A DNA stretch of 50,163 nt from Phycisphaerales bacterium (GCA_027451365.1 DAIDJN010000006.1:1-50163); one strand, 5' to 3'; shown: positions 20,250-30,297, counted from the stretch's first letter. Made by a program: numbers and translations. The notes: a model not told the origin generated them from the sequence alone.

Positions 20250-20258
20250 ATTATATCA
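20250..20258 (-). promoter_or_regulatory. Extended -10 promoter element (TGaTATAAT)
   Basis: Perfect TGnTATAAT on the minus strand about 70 nt upstream of ATG 20178. Confidence 0.55.
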
Positions 20259-20672
20259 CACACGCCAATGACCTCCAAAATAAATTGCCAGCTGTTTTAT
20301 TGTGCATGCCGGCTCGTTCCGCCCAAGGGCACCGGGCTATCACGCAGCCCTGAACAAAACAACACCCATCCGCTGTTGCCCGGTTTTCAGGCGGCGAATA
20401 TGTCGGCCAAGCCGTTTTTTCTGGTGCAGCGGATAATCTATCAAAGCAGGGCCTTGCAGCGGGCCTTGTTTACAGTATGAACATTGGGCAGAATCTATCT
20501 TCACAGGCACCGGCAAAGGAAACGACACGGCCACCTGCTCAATTTTATTTATCGGCAAATCAAGACCGTGGGCTTGAATTTGTTTCAATTCTCGTTCGCT
20601 CCGCACTCCATTTAACTTCAAAAAGTGAGCTTTTTTTGCCATGGGTCCCATTATTTCTCGCGTTTGGGTATT

Positions 20673-21644
20673 ATGCACACTGTGATGAGTCCTTTAATTA
20701 TCGTCGGGTGCACCGCCAGCGGAAAGTCCGATCTGGCCGAATTCCTCGCGGAAAAATGGCTTGGACCGACCGGCCAGCCCGCCGTTGTGATGGCCGTAGA
20801 TTCCATGCAGGTGTACCGCGGGATGGATATTGGCACCGCCAAACCGTCCATTCAGACACGCCAGCGCATAAGCCACCAAATGATTGATGTAGCCGACCCC
20901 TGGGAATCCTTTTCCGCCGCCCGGTTTGCCGCTATGGCCACTCCAATTCTCGATCAATGCCGTGCCAGCCAGACGCCCCTGATTCTGGTGGCCGGCACCA
21001 TTTTGTACCTGCGGGCATTGCTGGAGGGGCTGTTTGAAGGGCCGGCCGCCAATCCGGAAATCCGCGGCCAACTTGCCGCTTTTGCCGCCGAACATTCCCT
21101 TTCCGCACTGCATCAGGAACTCTCCCGCATAGATCCGGTATCCGCGGCACGCATTCACCCCAATGATCAGCGACGGATTATTCGCGCCTTGGAAGTGTTC
21201 CGCCTGACGGGTCAAACTATCAGCGACCTGCAAACACAATGGCAACACCAGCACCCGCAAATAAGCGCGCGTATCATTGGAATTGCCCGTGATAAATCCG
21301 AATTGAATTCCCGCATTAATCGCCGCGTCAAGGCGATGGTCGATCTTGGCCTGGTGGACGAAGTTGTCCGTTTGGCCGCCGCTCCTGGCGGACTTTCCGA
21401 TCAGGCCCGCCAGGCGGTCGGATATCGTGAAATTCTTGAATATCTTGCGGGCCGCCTGTCGTTGCCCGACGCCCTTGAAAAAATAAAAATTAACACGCGG
21501 CATCTGGCCAAACTTCAGCGCACATGGCTTAAAAGATTCCCATCGGTAGAATGGATTCCCGCCGATATGGCTCGTACGACTCAGGAAATTGCCCAGCCGA
21601 TTCTAAACCAGTTGTGCTCCCCCGCGCTGCGGCCGACAATTTGA
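20673..21644 (+). CDS. miaA: tRNA dimethylallyltransferase
   Basis: GCTASGKS P-loop, DSMQVYRGMDIGTAKP, IHPNDQRRIIRALEV, QAVGYRE, AKLQRTW. Confidence 0.96.
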   Translation: MHTVMSPLIIVGCTASGKSDLAEFLAEKWLGPTGQPAVVMAVDSMQVYRGMDIGTAKPSIQTRQRISHQMIDVADPWESFSAARFAAMATPILDQCRASQTPLILVAGTILYLRALLEGLFEGPAANPEIRGQLAAFAAEHSLSALHQELSRIDPVSAARIHPNDQRRIIRALEVFRLTGQTISDLQTQWQHQHPQISARIIGIARDKSELNSRINRRVKAMVDLGLVDEVVRLAAAPGGLSDQARQAVGYREILEYLAGRLSLPDALEKIKINTRHLAKLQRTWLKRFPSVEWIPADMARTTQEIAQPILNQLCSPALRPTI

Positions 21645-21670
21645 CACTCTATCAGGAAAGGAGCCGTTGC

Positions 21671-23029
21671 ATGTTGCGTGTTCTGGCTATTGATGTGGGT
21701 TCATCATCCATTAAGGCTGGCCTGTTAAAAGGGGGCAAGCTTAAGCGGTCCGCACATATTCCCATCGCCTCTGCCGCCAGTGGGAACACAATTGAAATTC
21801 CCGCATTGAGTCTGCTGGCTGCTTTCCGCCAGACCATTCTGCAAATGATGGATGGCCATAAAAAGCTCGACGCCATTAACATTGATACGTTTTGCCCGGG
21901 TCTGGTGGGGTTGAATCGCCGCGGCCAGCCTGTTGTCGGCTGCATTTCCCACCAAGACCGCCGCAGCGAAAAGCAGGCCATGGAACTGCAGCAACGCATC
22001 GGCCGCGATCGCCATCTGGCATTAACTGGCAATCTTCCCTTTCCTGGAGGCATCGCATCCACCTCGTTGCTCTGGATAAGGGAAAATCAGCCTGCGGTGT
22101 TTAAGCAACTCCACCGCATTGGCCAGCCCACCACACTTCTTATTCACGCCCTGACCGGTCAATGGGTGATTGATCCATCCCAGGCCGCCTTTCTGGGGCT
22201 TTATGATGCCGTAGGCCTTACCGGGTGGGTGCCGGAATTGCTTGCGGCAGTCGGCGTTCGGCCACAACAACTGCCGGTCATTCGCTTTGCCGATCAGATC
22301 GCCGGCACCGTCACGCCCGCGGCCGCCCGCGGTCTGGGTCTGCCCGCCGGCTGCCCCGTTTATTCCGGCATTGTGGATACCAGCGCCGCCATGGTTGCCA
22401 CAGATTGCCAGCCCGGCCGAATGGTGCATAGCGCCGGCTCCACGGATGTGCTGGCCATCTGCCTGCCGCGGGCTTGCCCCGCGCCCGACATTCTCACGCG
22501 TCCCCTGGGTACACAAAAAATAGCGCCCAACACATGGCTGGCGGTCAGCACCATTGCCGCCGGCGGCTCCAGCATAAAATGGGCGCATGCCAATCTTTTC
22601 CCGGATATGTCGTTCAAAGATTTCAACAAACTTATGCGAAAGCTGGCCGACAATCTTAACGAAAAATCATGTGATACTCCGGCCACTGATGCCGTTCAAT
22701 TTTCCCCATATCTTGCCGGTGACCGCACCAGCCTGGAAACGCGCCGTGCGGAATTTTCAAATTTGACACTTGGCACCACGCGCCAGCAGATGCTTTCGGC
22801 CATGCTGTCTTCGCTGGCACGAGCCAGCCGCCGCCGCTTTATCCGTTTATCTGAAATTCATCAGCCCAAACGGGAAATATTCACCATGGGAGGTCAGCAG
22901 GAACTTGCTGATCTGATGCACCGATGCTGGCCGGGCAAATGGTCTTTTACGCCACTATCCAATGAAGCCATTGGCGGTCTGAATCGCATTGCAACCGCAT
23001 GTCCGGCGTCGCAAAAATCGGATATCTGA
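21671..23029 (+). CDS. FGGY-family carbohydrate kinase (xylulokinase-like, substrate unknown)
   Basis: LAIDVGSSSIKA, HQDRRS, SAGST, PYLAGDRT. AGGAG before ATG 21671. Confidence 0.85.
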   Translation: MLRVLAIDVGSSSIKAGLLKGGKLKRSAHIPIASAASGNTIEIPALSLLAAFRQTILQMMDGHKKLDAINIDTFCPGLVGLNRRGQPVVGCISHQDRRSEKQAMELQQRIGRDRHLALTGNLPFPGGIASTSLLWIRENQPAVFKQLHRIGQPTTLLIHALTGQWVIDPSQAAFLGLYDAVGLTGWVPELLAAVGVRPQQLPVIRFADQIAGTVTPAAARGLGLPAGCPVYSGIVDTSAAMVATDCQPGRMVHSAGSTDVLAICLPRACPAPDILTRPLGTQKIAPNTWLAVSTIAAGGSSIKWAHANLFPDMSFKDFNKLMRKLADNLNEKSCDTPATDAVQFSPYLAGDRTSLETRRAEFSNLTLGTTRQQMLSAMLSSLARASRRRFIRLSEIHQPKREIFTMGGQQELADLMHRCWPGKWSFTPLSNEAIGGLNRIATACPASQKSDI

Positions 23030-23053
23030 AATTCCAGATATAAAGCCCCCCGC

Positions 23054-23359
23054 TTATTTGTATCCCTGCGGGCCGCCTGACTTGAAATATTTCTCCGCAA
23101 TCGCCTGGCTCAATTCCACACCATGAATATTGGCAAGCGTACACAGCCACGCGAATACGTCCGCGAATTCCTCCCGCAAATTCGCCGCATCGTTTCCCTG
23201 CAATGCCGTGGCCAGTTCACCGACTTCTTCAATAAACCAGACAAATGTTGCCGCGGATCCGCGTTCCATGTCCCGTGTCGAGTATTTTTGCCGAATATGT
23301 TCCTGAAACGATTCAATTGTCATCGGTGGCCCGGTTTGTTCGTGGTTCATCTGATTCAT
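23054..23359 (-). CDS. MazG-like nucleotide pyrophosphohydrolase
   Basis: FIEEVGELATAL...EEFADVFAWLCTLAN. Start at 23359 or 23323. Confidence 0.88.
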   Translation of the reverse strand: MNQMNHEQTGPPMTIESFQEHIRQKYSTRDMERGSAATFVWFIEEVGELATALQGNDAANLREEFADVFAWLCTLANIHGVELSQAIAEKYFKSGGPQGYK

Positions 23360-23395
23360 TTTATTTATCCAAAAAAAAATCACCAAATAAAATCG

Positions 23396-23953
23396 TTAAA
23401 CCCGCTGAATTTCAGCGGCGCCGGCGCATTTTTCGCCACAAGCGACTTGCCGGAGAGCCTCATAAACTGCAATTCCCGCCGACGTGGAAACATTCAGACA
23501 CCGCTGCCCCGACTGCATGGGAATTCTGACGGTCTGCATGGCATATTTTTCCACAAATGCCGTCGGCAACCCCTTGGATTCACTTCCGAATACCAGAAAG
23601 TCATCCGCTGAAAACTGGACATTCCATAAATCACGGCGGCCGCGCGCGGAAAAAAGATGGAAATGAATCCCCAACTGCTTTTCAAACGCCAGCACATCAT
23701 CATGTATCACCGGTTGAAGTGTCTGCCAGTAATCCATCCCTGATCGGCGTAGCCGCGAATCAGAAATAAAAAATCCAAGAGGGCGCACCAGATGCAACTC
23801 CACACCGGTTACCGCGCACAGCCGCGCAATGTTTCCGGTATTCTGGGGAATATCCGGCTCTACAAGTGCTACCCGCAGTCGATGTAGGGGAAAAACTTCG
23901 GGCGTCGGACCGGCGCCAGATTGCTTCAACTTGGCGTCAGTCCCGCGATTCAT
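23396..23953 (-). CDS. trmL: tRNA (cytidine/uridine-34-2'-O)-methyltransferase
   Basis: VALVEPDIPQNTGNIARLC, RRSGMDYW, VFGSESKGLP, RIPM...RCLNVS. Confidence 0.93.
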   Translation of the reverse strand: MNRGTDAKLKQSGAGPTPEVFPLHRLRVALVEPDIPQNTGNIARLCAVTGVELHLVRPLGFFISDSRLRRSGMDYWQTLQPVIHDDVLAFEKQLGIHFHLFSARGRRDLWNVQFSADDFLVFGSESKGLPTAFVEKYAMQTVRIPMQSGQRCLNVSTSAGIAVYEALRQVACGEKCAGAAEIQRV

Positions 23954-25859
23954 TCGGTCTGTTTCCTTTGGATGCTTCTTCCTTTGGTCCCACCACCACC
24001 GTTCGCGCCAGCAGGTCGCCGAGTCGCTGCCGCTGCACACTTACAAAAAGAGAAATCAGCAGTACCACCACAAGCATTTCCGGTATGCGGAATAAATTCC
24101 GCAGCATGACCGCCGCGAACCCCGGCTTTTTGCCCTCTTCCGACACCACTCGCAGCGAAAATAAAAACTTTCCGATTGACCGCGCGAAGAATATTTCTCC
24201 CAGCGTTACATGAGCTTCGTAAATTCCCAGAAGCACCAGCAATTGTCCGTTCAGAAACAGCTTTTCGGGCGAAAAAATCACCGTGTGAATCTGTCTGGCC
24301 AGTGGCATCCAGGCAGCCTGGCTGTATAAATGATAAATCACCATCAGAATCGCGGCCGCGATGCCCATGTCCACCAACGCCGCGCCAAACCGCACATAAA
24401 GCCGGGCTACCACAAAATTATCCGACAAGGCCCGCGCATCCGTTGGTGTTTTACGCTGCCAGAGCGAAAGAATCATCAGCAGCACCAATCCCATGATGAC
24501 CATGCGTTCATAGTTCTGCGGGCCGTTATTCTGTCCGCTGACCGGTGTAATGGGACCGACCGGTACCGCGGTTCCACCGGTTGATGTCAATTGCAGTTCA
24601 TGCAGTTTTCCACCCGTTCCGCGCGATACCACATATATTCGCCCCGCGCAACCCGCCGCCGCCGGCATATCCGCTGCATTCGGCGGGTCCGCTGGCATCG
24701 TAGCGCTTGGCCGCGGCCAGATGCCGACCGTCCATTTACCGACCGCCTGTGTCACCGCCGCGCCATGTATCCGCACCAGATTTGGGCTTGCCTGGGTGCT
24801 CCATAGCAGCAGCAATTTTCCGCCCAGCGTCACGGGCATGACATTCAACGTACCCGCTGGTAATGGAAGTATCAGCGGTTGCCCCAAGTGGATTGTCGCG
24901 GTCGGGCTGGTCGTCGTGGCGGGCGCCGCGGTGTGAAACAATTCCTCACGCGAAGAACTTCGTCTGATCAGCCATATTGTTTTTGCCACTGCAACCATTC
25001 CCGGCCAAGCAGCCGGATTTTGCCGGCTCGGCGGTCCCCCAAGCCCATCTATTTTCGTTGTCGCGTAGCCGCCGCCCGCCGCCCTAAGCAGATACCATCC
25101 TTCCACCGGTAGGGCGATCGGCGGCTTAACGGCAGCGGCAATCGGCTTGCCCGTGGCCTGCTTTGCCGCCGGCGCATGAACGGGTTTGCCCGCCATCTGC
25201 GTGGCGGCTCCCGCTGTCTTGGCGTTGGCTTTTATATGAACGGATAGTAGAGGTGGCGGAAGTCGGCCATATCCCAATACCGTTAACTGATCGGATTCAT
25301 TCACCGCCGCGACCGGAAAAATTCCCTTCGGCAACACCGACAGCAGGCGGTGCCGATAAATGCCATATTTCTGGATGGTTCCATTTAAAAAAAGGAGCTC
25401 AACATGCCGGTGCGCTGCGGAATTCCGGCCCGGTGCGGAAAAAAAGCCTGCCCGTTCAGGCTGGCCGGCTGGAAACCTGCGTGCCAATCCGGCTTCGCCC
25501 GCGGAATTATCTGTTGACGCACTGGCCGCGCACAGTGGTGTATCCAGAAATAACCCGCCGGATATCCGCGTCCATGGTGCCGTGCCGCCCTTTTTTCCGG
25601 GCGTATGCAGCAGCAGCGCAAAGCCCGGCTGCGTCGGTTTGCTGGCAATGGTGGATGGCACAACCAGCCACAGATTTGCCCCGGCTCCACATAATATCAG
25701 ATGGGCCCCCGGCGCAGCGCCAACCGCCCCCTTGGTCGCTGGCCTCACCGGCGCGGCTACTGGAGCAGGTGTAGTCGGCGCGGCGGCAAAAATCGCCGTT
25801 GACCAGACCATCCCTGCCAGAATACAGATCAGCCCCTGCAATACTTTTCCATTCGCCAT
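23937..25859 (-). CDS. RDD-family membrane protein with large exported N-terminal domain
   Basis: Signal peptide; C-terminal RFGAALVD...SIGKFLFSLRVV...LRNLFR...QRLGDLLARTVVV. Confidence 0.85.
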   Translation of the reverse strand: MANGKVLQGLICILAGMVWSTAIFAAAPTTPAPVAAPVRPATKGAVGAAPGAHLILCGAGANLWLVVPSTIASKPTQPGFALLLHTPGKKGGTAPWTRISGGLFLDTPLCAASASTDNSAGEAGLARRFPAGQPERAGFFSAPGRNSAAHRHVELLFLNGTIQKYGIYRHRLLSVLPKGIFPVAAVNESDQLTVLGYGRLPPPLLSVHIKANAKTAGAATQMAGKPVHAPAAKQATGKPIAAAVKPPIALPVEGWYLLRAAGGGYATTKIDGLGGPPSRQNPAAWPGMVAVAKTIWLIRRSSSREELFHTAAPATTTSPTATIHLGQPLILPLPAGTLNVMPVTLGGKLLLLWSTQASPNLVRIHGAAVTQAVGKWTVGIWPRPSATMPADPPNAADMPAAAGCAGRIYVVSRGTGGKLHELQLTSTGGTAVPVGPITPVSGQNNGPQNYERMVIMGLVLLMILSLWQRKTPTDARALSDNFVVARLYVRFGAALVDMGIAAAILMVIYHLYSQAAWMPLARQIHTVIFSPEKLFLNGQLLVLLGIYEAHVTLGEIFFARSIGKFLFSLRVVSEEGKKPGFAAVMLRNLFRIPEMLVVVLLISLFVSVQRQRLGDLLARTVVVGPKEEASKGNRPNESRD

Positions 25860-26205
25860 GGAAGTATTGTAAACCGCCTTGCGATTTCCTACACCTCCCG
25901 AGCCACAGGAGCCTTCAATGGAATCCGTCCAAGGCAACAAAATACCGGCAAATTCAGACTAATTGAGTTGGAAAATGGATTTCCGTCGCAGTCGCGAATC
26001 AACAGCTTTGTGGCCCACGATGGCCGCCCTGCAAAGACACAACGCCCGCAAAGGATTCAGAAAAAATCCTTCGGCCATTTACGCGCGCACTTCCAGCCCC
26101 TAAGTTTTCACACTCGCGTTGCATCTCATCTTCTTGTGCTATCATCACCATCGCACACCCAATGCCGACGATTCACAATACTGCTGCAAACTGAAATTAC
26201 AAATC

Positions 26206-26236
26206 CTCTGCGTCCCTCCGCGTCCCCTGCGGTGAA
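26206..26236. repeat. Short tandem-unit dispersed repeat (ctctgcgtcc-ctccgcgtcc-cctgcg-gtgaa)
   Basis: Three imperfect 10-bp units ending GGTGAA. Related motifs at 26347-26364 (ccacagatt x2) and 31695-31722. Confidence 0.55.
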
Positions 26237-26753
26237 TTTTGTTTGCCGAAGTGCCACGCGTGCTTCCATAAGCAGAAGAGCAAAGTGCAATAACCGCAAG
26301 CCAATGATCATCAGCACGACACAAAGGCACACCGAATTAAACCAATCCACAGATTCCACAGATTATGTTTCCATGCGCAAATTGGCGGGAGTTCTATTTT
26401 TCTGTTCATAGATCGTCGTTAGTTGTAAAAGACCACAGCGGAGGCGGATAAACTGTCATACCGGTATCCGCCGCCAATACCCCGTCAGAAGGCACGGAAT
26501 CAACAGCTAAATTCAGTGAAACACATGCCGCAGGCCAAAATAACTTGGGAAATCACTTTGGGGGTCGGGCGTCTCGCCTGAAAAGTGGCCGCCAGCATGA
26601 CTCTCGCACCGAACACTAAAGCCACCGCGACAGTGACTTGAAAACCACAACTTTTAATGGAGTGACTCAATGGAGCAAAAAATAAATATCCTGAATTTAC
26701 AAACCAGAAAACATCTGCCCTCTGGACCGGCACCATTTTCTGCGGGCCACGTC

Positions 26754-26904
26754 GGCCAGGCGATGCCACCGAGCTTTCCCAATGATTTAATCAGTTCCAC
26801 CGGATTCAGGCCGTCCCCACAGGCGTAGCGGGCTTTCCCCCGGCAAACCGAAGCCCCAATGGTCATCACCGCTCCTCGCCGGGCCACGGAAACCGGCAGG
26901 CCAC
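26754..26904. repeat. 151-bp diverged direct repeat, copy 1
   Basis: Aligns by hand with 28421-28570 at about 80% identity with one indel. Confidence 0.9.
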
Positions 26905-27358
26905 TGGCGGGCGACCGTGCCAGGTGCAAATTCGAGAAACTTGTGTTCCAACGCCTGCGGAGGCTGTCGCCCGGGGTGTCACAAAAAGACGCTACCTTTC
27001 GAACCGCAAGGGAGCACCGCACACTCCGTATTTAACAGGCGATCTGCTTATTTTATGATAGGTGTTGTGTGCAACGCTCAAATTTAAGCCTGAACTTTTC
27101 CGTAAGAATTTATTTGCTTTTCTTCTGGCACCGGGGGTACACTTTATTCATGGTCAGGACCATCGTGAGCTTGACAGGCCGGATAGGCCGTGAACGGCTA
27201 TTGCTGCGCAAATGCGAGTGAGCCGCCCGGCGAGGTATTCGCCCGCAAATTGTGGAGCGGGCGCACTTCACGGATTAAGGCCTTTGCAATTGCGATGCCG
27301 GCGCTGAAATTCGTGGCGGCGTACATTGCTGTCGCGGGCCTTATTATTTCGGGCAGTT

Positions 27359-28360
27359 ATGAAAAACTCCTCAAAAATTGGGCGAGCCTCGAATCCAGCC
27401 GGTTCCAATGCGACCGAAGGTGCGTCTGCATCAACTCGATTTTTACCGGGACTGGTGGTTCTGTGCCTTCTTTTGTCCGGCGGGCGATTGGTTGCTGGTA
27501 CGGAACAGGGAGCGCTTTCATCGCAAGTTCTTTATTCGCCTATCCTCTATGGGTACGTGGATACCGTCAACGCGCAGATTTATAACAATGCGCCATCCGG
27601 CTCTGACCCACTCAATTACAGCATTTACGAATCCACACCCTATGGTAACTCCGCGACGGTTTCTGGTACAGAAGCGGCCAATGGCGGCAATGCCTATATC
27701 CTGCAGCAGTTCCAGTTCGACTCAAGCCATTTGAGCTATGGCAACAATACGATTGGCGTCACGCTGACCGATACGGCCAATCATTTCTCGATCACGCAAA
27801 GCGCTACAGTGCAGGTTCTGGAGCATGCCCGACCGGCCTTTTTTTTGAATGGCAATGTAGTTCAATTGGCGCCGCAACCGCAAGCGCCGTTGGCCGAAAA
27901 TCCAGTAGCGGATCCCTACGCATTTGGCGCAACCGGAGGCGGCGAAATGGCCAGTGCGGTCGCGCCTGCAATTCTTGGCGATCCGTTGCCCAATACCCCC
28001 GCCGATTCAATGAACCTGGACAGTATCACTTCCTCGGGCGACTCGGAAATTACAATCACGCTGCCCGATTTCAGCAATCTTCCGCCCGACGACCCGAGCG
28101 CAAGTCCATCCTGGAACATTGATGTGGCGACAACCAGGACCGGCCTGTTTAACACGGAATTTGAGCTGAATTATTCCGACCAGCAGAATTTACCCGGTGC
28201 CGATGCGACCGGCAGCGAACACGCCTATTTTCTGGTCACGGCGTCGGTCACAAACACGAACTATTCAATCTGGGTAACTACACCAGAGCCGGCCTCGCTG
28301 GCCCTCCTCGCCGTCGGCGGCTTGAGCGCGCTGATGCTGCGAAAACGCAACGCCGTCTGA
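27359..28360 (+). CDS. PEP-CTERM sorted surface protein
   Basis: Signal peptide; acidic S/T/N-rich beta-type body; C-terminal TPEPASLALLAVGGLSALMLRKR. Confidence 0.88.
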   Translation: MKNSSKIGRASNPAGSNATEGASASTRFLPGLVVLCLLLSGGRLVAGTEQGALSSQVLYSPILYGYVDTVNAQIYNNAPSGSDPLNYSIYESTPYGNSATVSGTEAANGGNAYILQQFQFDSSHLSYGNNTIGVTLTDTANHFSITQSATVQVLEHARPAFFLNGNVVQLAPQPQAPLAENPVADPYAFGATGGGEMASAVAPAILGDPLPNTPADSMNLDSITSSGDSEITITLPDFSNLPPDDPSASPSWNIDVATTRTGLFNTEFELNYSDQQNLPGADATGSEHAYFLVTASVTNTNYSIWVTTPEPASLALLAVGGLSALMLRKRNAV

Positions 28361-28420
28361 ACAACTCTCCAAATGCTTAAACACCTTCTTCATCCCACAT
28401 TAAGCGCCGCAGTACCTGCT

Positions 28421-28570
28421 GGCCAGGCGATGCCGTAGGTCTTTGCCAATGATTTAATCAGTGCCACCGGATTCGGGCCGTCCGGGAAGCGCGGCGGGCT
28501 TTCCTCCGACAAGCCGACGATCCAAGGGACATCACCACTCTTCGCCGTGCCACACAAACCGGCAGGCCAC
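28421..28570. repeat. 150-bp diverged direct repeat, copy 2
   Basis: Shares ggccaggcgatgcc, ccaatgatttaatcagt, ccaccggattc, gcgggctttcc and aaaccggcaggccac blocks with 26754-26904. Confidence 0.9.
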
Positions 28571-28678
28571 CAAAAGATACAACCTTATTCGCAAGTGCGC
28601 CGCGCAGCGCAAACCCAGGCTTTAATAGGCGGCTGTCCACGGTGTAATATCATCCCGAAGACGGGACATTTGGCGCTT

Positions 28679-29194
28679 TCAGCCTTCGGCGCCCCCCGGC
28701 GGGCGATCGGATCGGACCGGCCCGCCAGATAACTCGGGCGACTCGGATTTGCGGCTTTCGGCGCTCAAAAGCATCCGACCGCTCGCCCAGAACAACCCCG
28801 GAAAAATGGAGGCGAAGGCGGCCACCATGGCCGACGTGAGCGCCGGTATAGCGAGCAACACCGGAGAAATCAAGAGCCAAACGCAAAGCAGGCTGAATAT
28901 CGCAAACATCACCTTCATGACGATGGTAAGCCGCTGACAGGCTTGTCTCGTAAGCCGGCTGGCTCCGGTCACGGGCCATTGGCCATTTCCTAAAAGAGCT
29001 TTGGCTGCCTGCGCGACCTTTCTCCATATATTAAGCGCACAAAACCAGCAAGCGATCACATCTATATCCGGCGACCAACCCGGCGGCCCTTGGCGAAGGA
29101 AACTGAATACCGCATGCACCCAAAGGAAAAAACTGAGAACTAATGTCAGGTTTATCTTTAGTTGATCGCGCTTGAACGAAGATTGATCAGACAT
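28679..29194 (-). CDS. Small multi-pass membrane protein, candidate immunity protein for the upstream RHS tip
   Basis: About four hydrophobic helices; immediately downstream of the RHS ORF on the same strand. Confidence 0.6.
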   Translation of the reverse strand: MSDQSSFKRDQLKINLTLVLSFFLWVHAVFSFLRQGPPGWSPDIDVIACWFCALNIWRKVAQAAKALLGNGQWPVTGASRLTRQACQRLTIVMKVMFAIFSLLCVWLLISPVLLAIPALTSAMVAAFASIFPGLFWASGRMLLSAESRKSESPELSGGPVRSDRPPGGAEG

Positions 29195-29262
29195 AAAACA
29201 CCTTTCGCAGCATTAACGCATTTTCCAGTCGTGGCCCGACTTCATTATCGCCGGCGCGGTGG

Positions 29263-30165
29263 CTAACCGAGACCGAACCTGACGATCTTTCCCAAATCCT
29301 CGAAAATATCCTTAACCTTTTTCTCAAGGTCGTGAAGTTTTTTGAGCGTATGGCCAGCCGTCTTAACGTCGTCTCTCATCTTGCTGATATTGCTCGCGCA
29401 TGGATTGCATTTCTCGCATGCTTCCGCGTCCTCCACAAGGTCGCTGAAAACGCCGGCGACGCCGGCGACGTCCCCGAAGAACGCGGCTACTTCGGCGAAC
29501 GAAAACTCCGGCGCAACGAGAAGACTAAACCCGGAAAGGAAAGCAACTGTAGCACCTGTTTGGACCGCAAGCATATCAAAGGGCACCAACCAACAGCTCA
29601 GGCAATCGTTATAGCTCGACGGCCGCCATCGCGGGTTTGCGTTGCCGGTATTGTTATTATTGGGAAAAGGAACGCCGTGGCGATAAATGATGCCGGTCCC
29701 ACCACCCACCCAAACGCCGCCCGGCGGTAGTAGCGTGCGCCCGCCGAAGCCCGACAGATCGGTTTGCGCCGCAGCGAGACCGCCGACATACCCATACAAA
29801 TTAATCCCGCCGTTATACCCGATCGGATCACGCTGAATCCAACGCCCAAGTACCGGGTTGTATGTCCGATTGCGGACGTAATAAAGCTGCGTTTCTGGAT
29901 CGAATCTGTAACCGCAGTAGATTATTTCATTGGCGCCATAATCTGACTGCACATCATCATCGGTGAACCACACGCCATCCGCGCCCGGCGCGATGAACAC
30001 CAGCGTATTGCCGTAGGCATCCGCGTACTGCTCGACAAAATGCTGAGCAGCAGACGGCACGGCCCCTGCCGCGAAACGGGGGGCCTGTTTCGTGCCTTCC
30101 GTTTCCCGCCCACCAACTCCGGGCAACTGCCCTCTGCCCAAAACATTGTCGCTCAATGCAACCAT
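29263..30165 (-). CDS. Orphan RHS repeat-associated core with variable C-terminal domain
   Basis: DAYGNTLVF...YCGYRFDPETQLYYVRNRTYNPVLGRWIQRDPIGYNGGINLYGYVGG...DLSGF, followed by a unique tip. Lacks the long YD-repeat body. Confidence 0.88.
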   Translation of the reverse strand: MVALSDNVLGRGQLPGVGGRETEGTKQAPRFAAGAVPSAAQHFVEQYADAYGNTLVFIAPGADGVWFTDDDVQSDYGANEIIYCGYRFDPETQLYYVRNRTYNPVLGRWIQRDPIGYNGGINLYGYVGGLAAAQTDLSGFGGRTLLPPGGVWVGGGTGIIYRHGVPFPNNNNTGNANPRWRPSSYNDCLSCWLVPFDMLAVQTGATVAFLSGFSLLVAPEFSFAEVAAFFGDVAGVAGVFSDLVEDAEACEKCNPCASNISKMRDDVKTAGHTLKKLHDLEKKVKDIFEDLGKIVRFGLG

Positions 30166-30297
30166 TTCAACTTCCCGGAAATCTAGGCGACTGGAATTAA
30201 GCCACCTATTCTAACGTCTGCAACTTGTCTGCACACCATTCTGAGTAGCGCAAACAAAAAACTTGGCCATCTTGCCTGGCACCCGAACCGCCCGTAA

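Noticed and set aside
26654..27022. Minus-strand ORF through repeat copy 1, and 28458-28640 through copy 2
   Set aside because: The copies differ by a frameshift and mostly non-synonymous changes, so coding is not supported.
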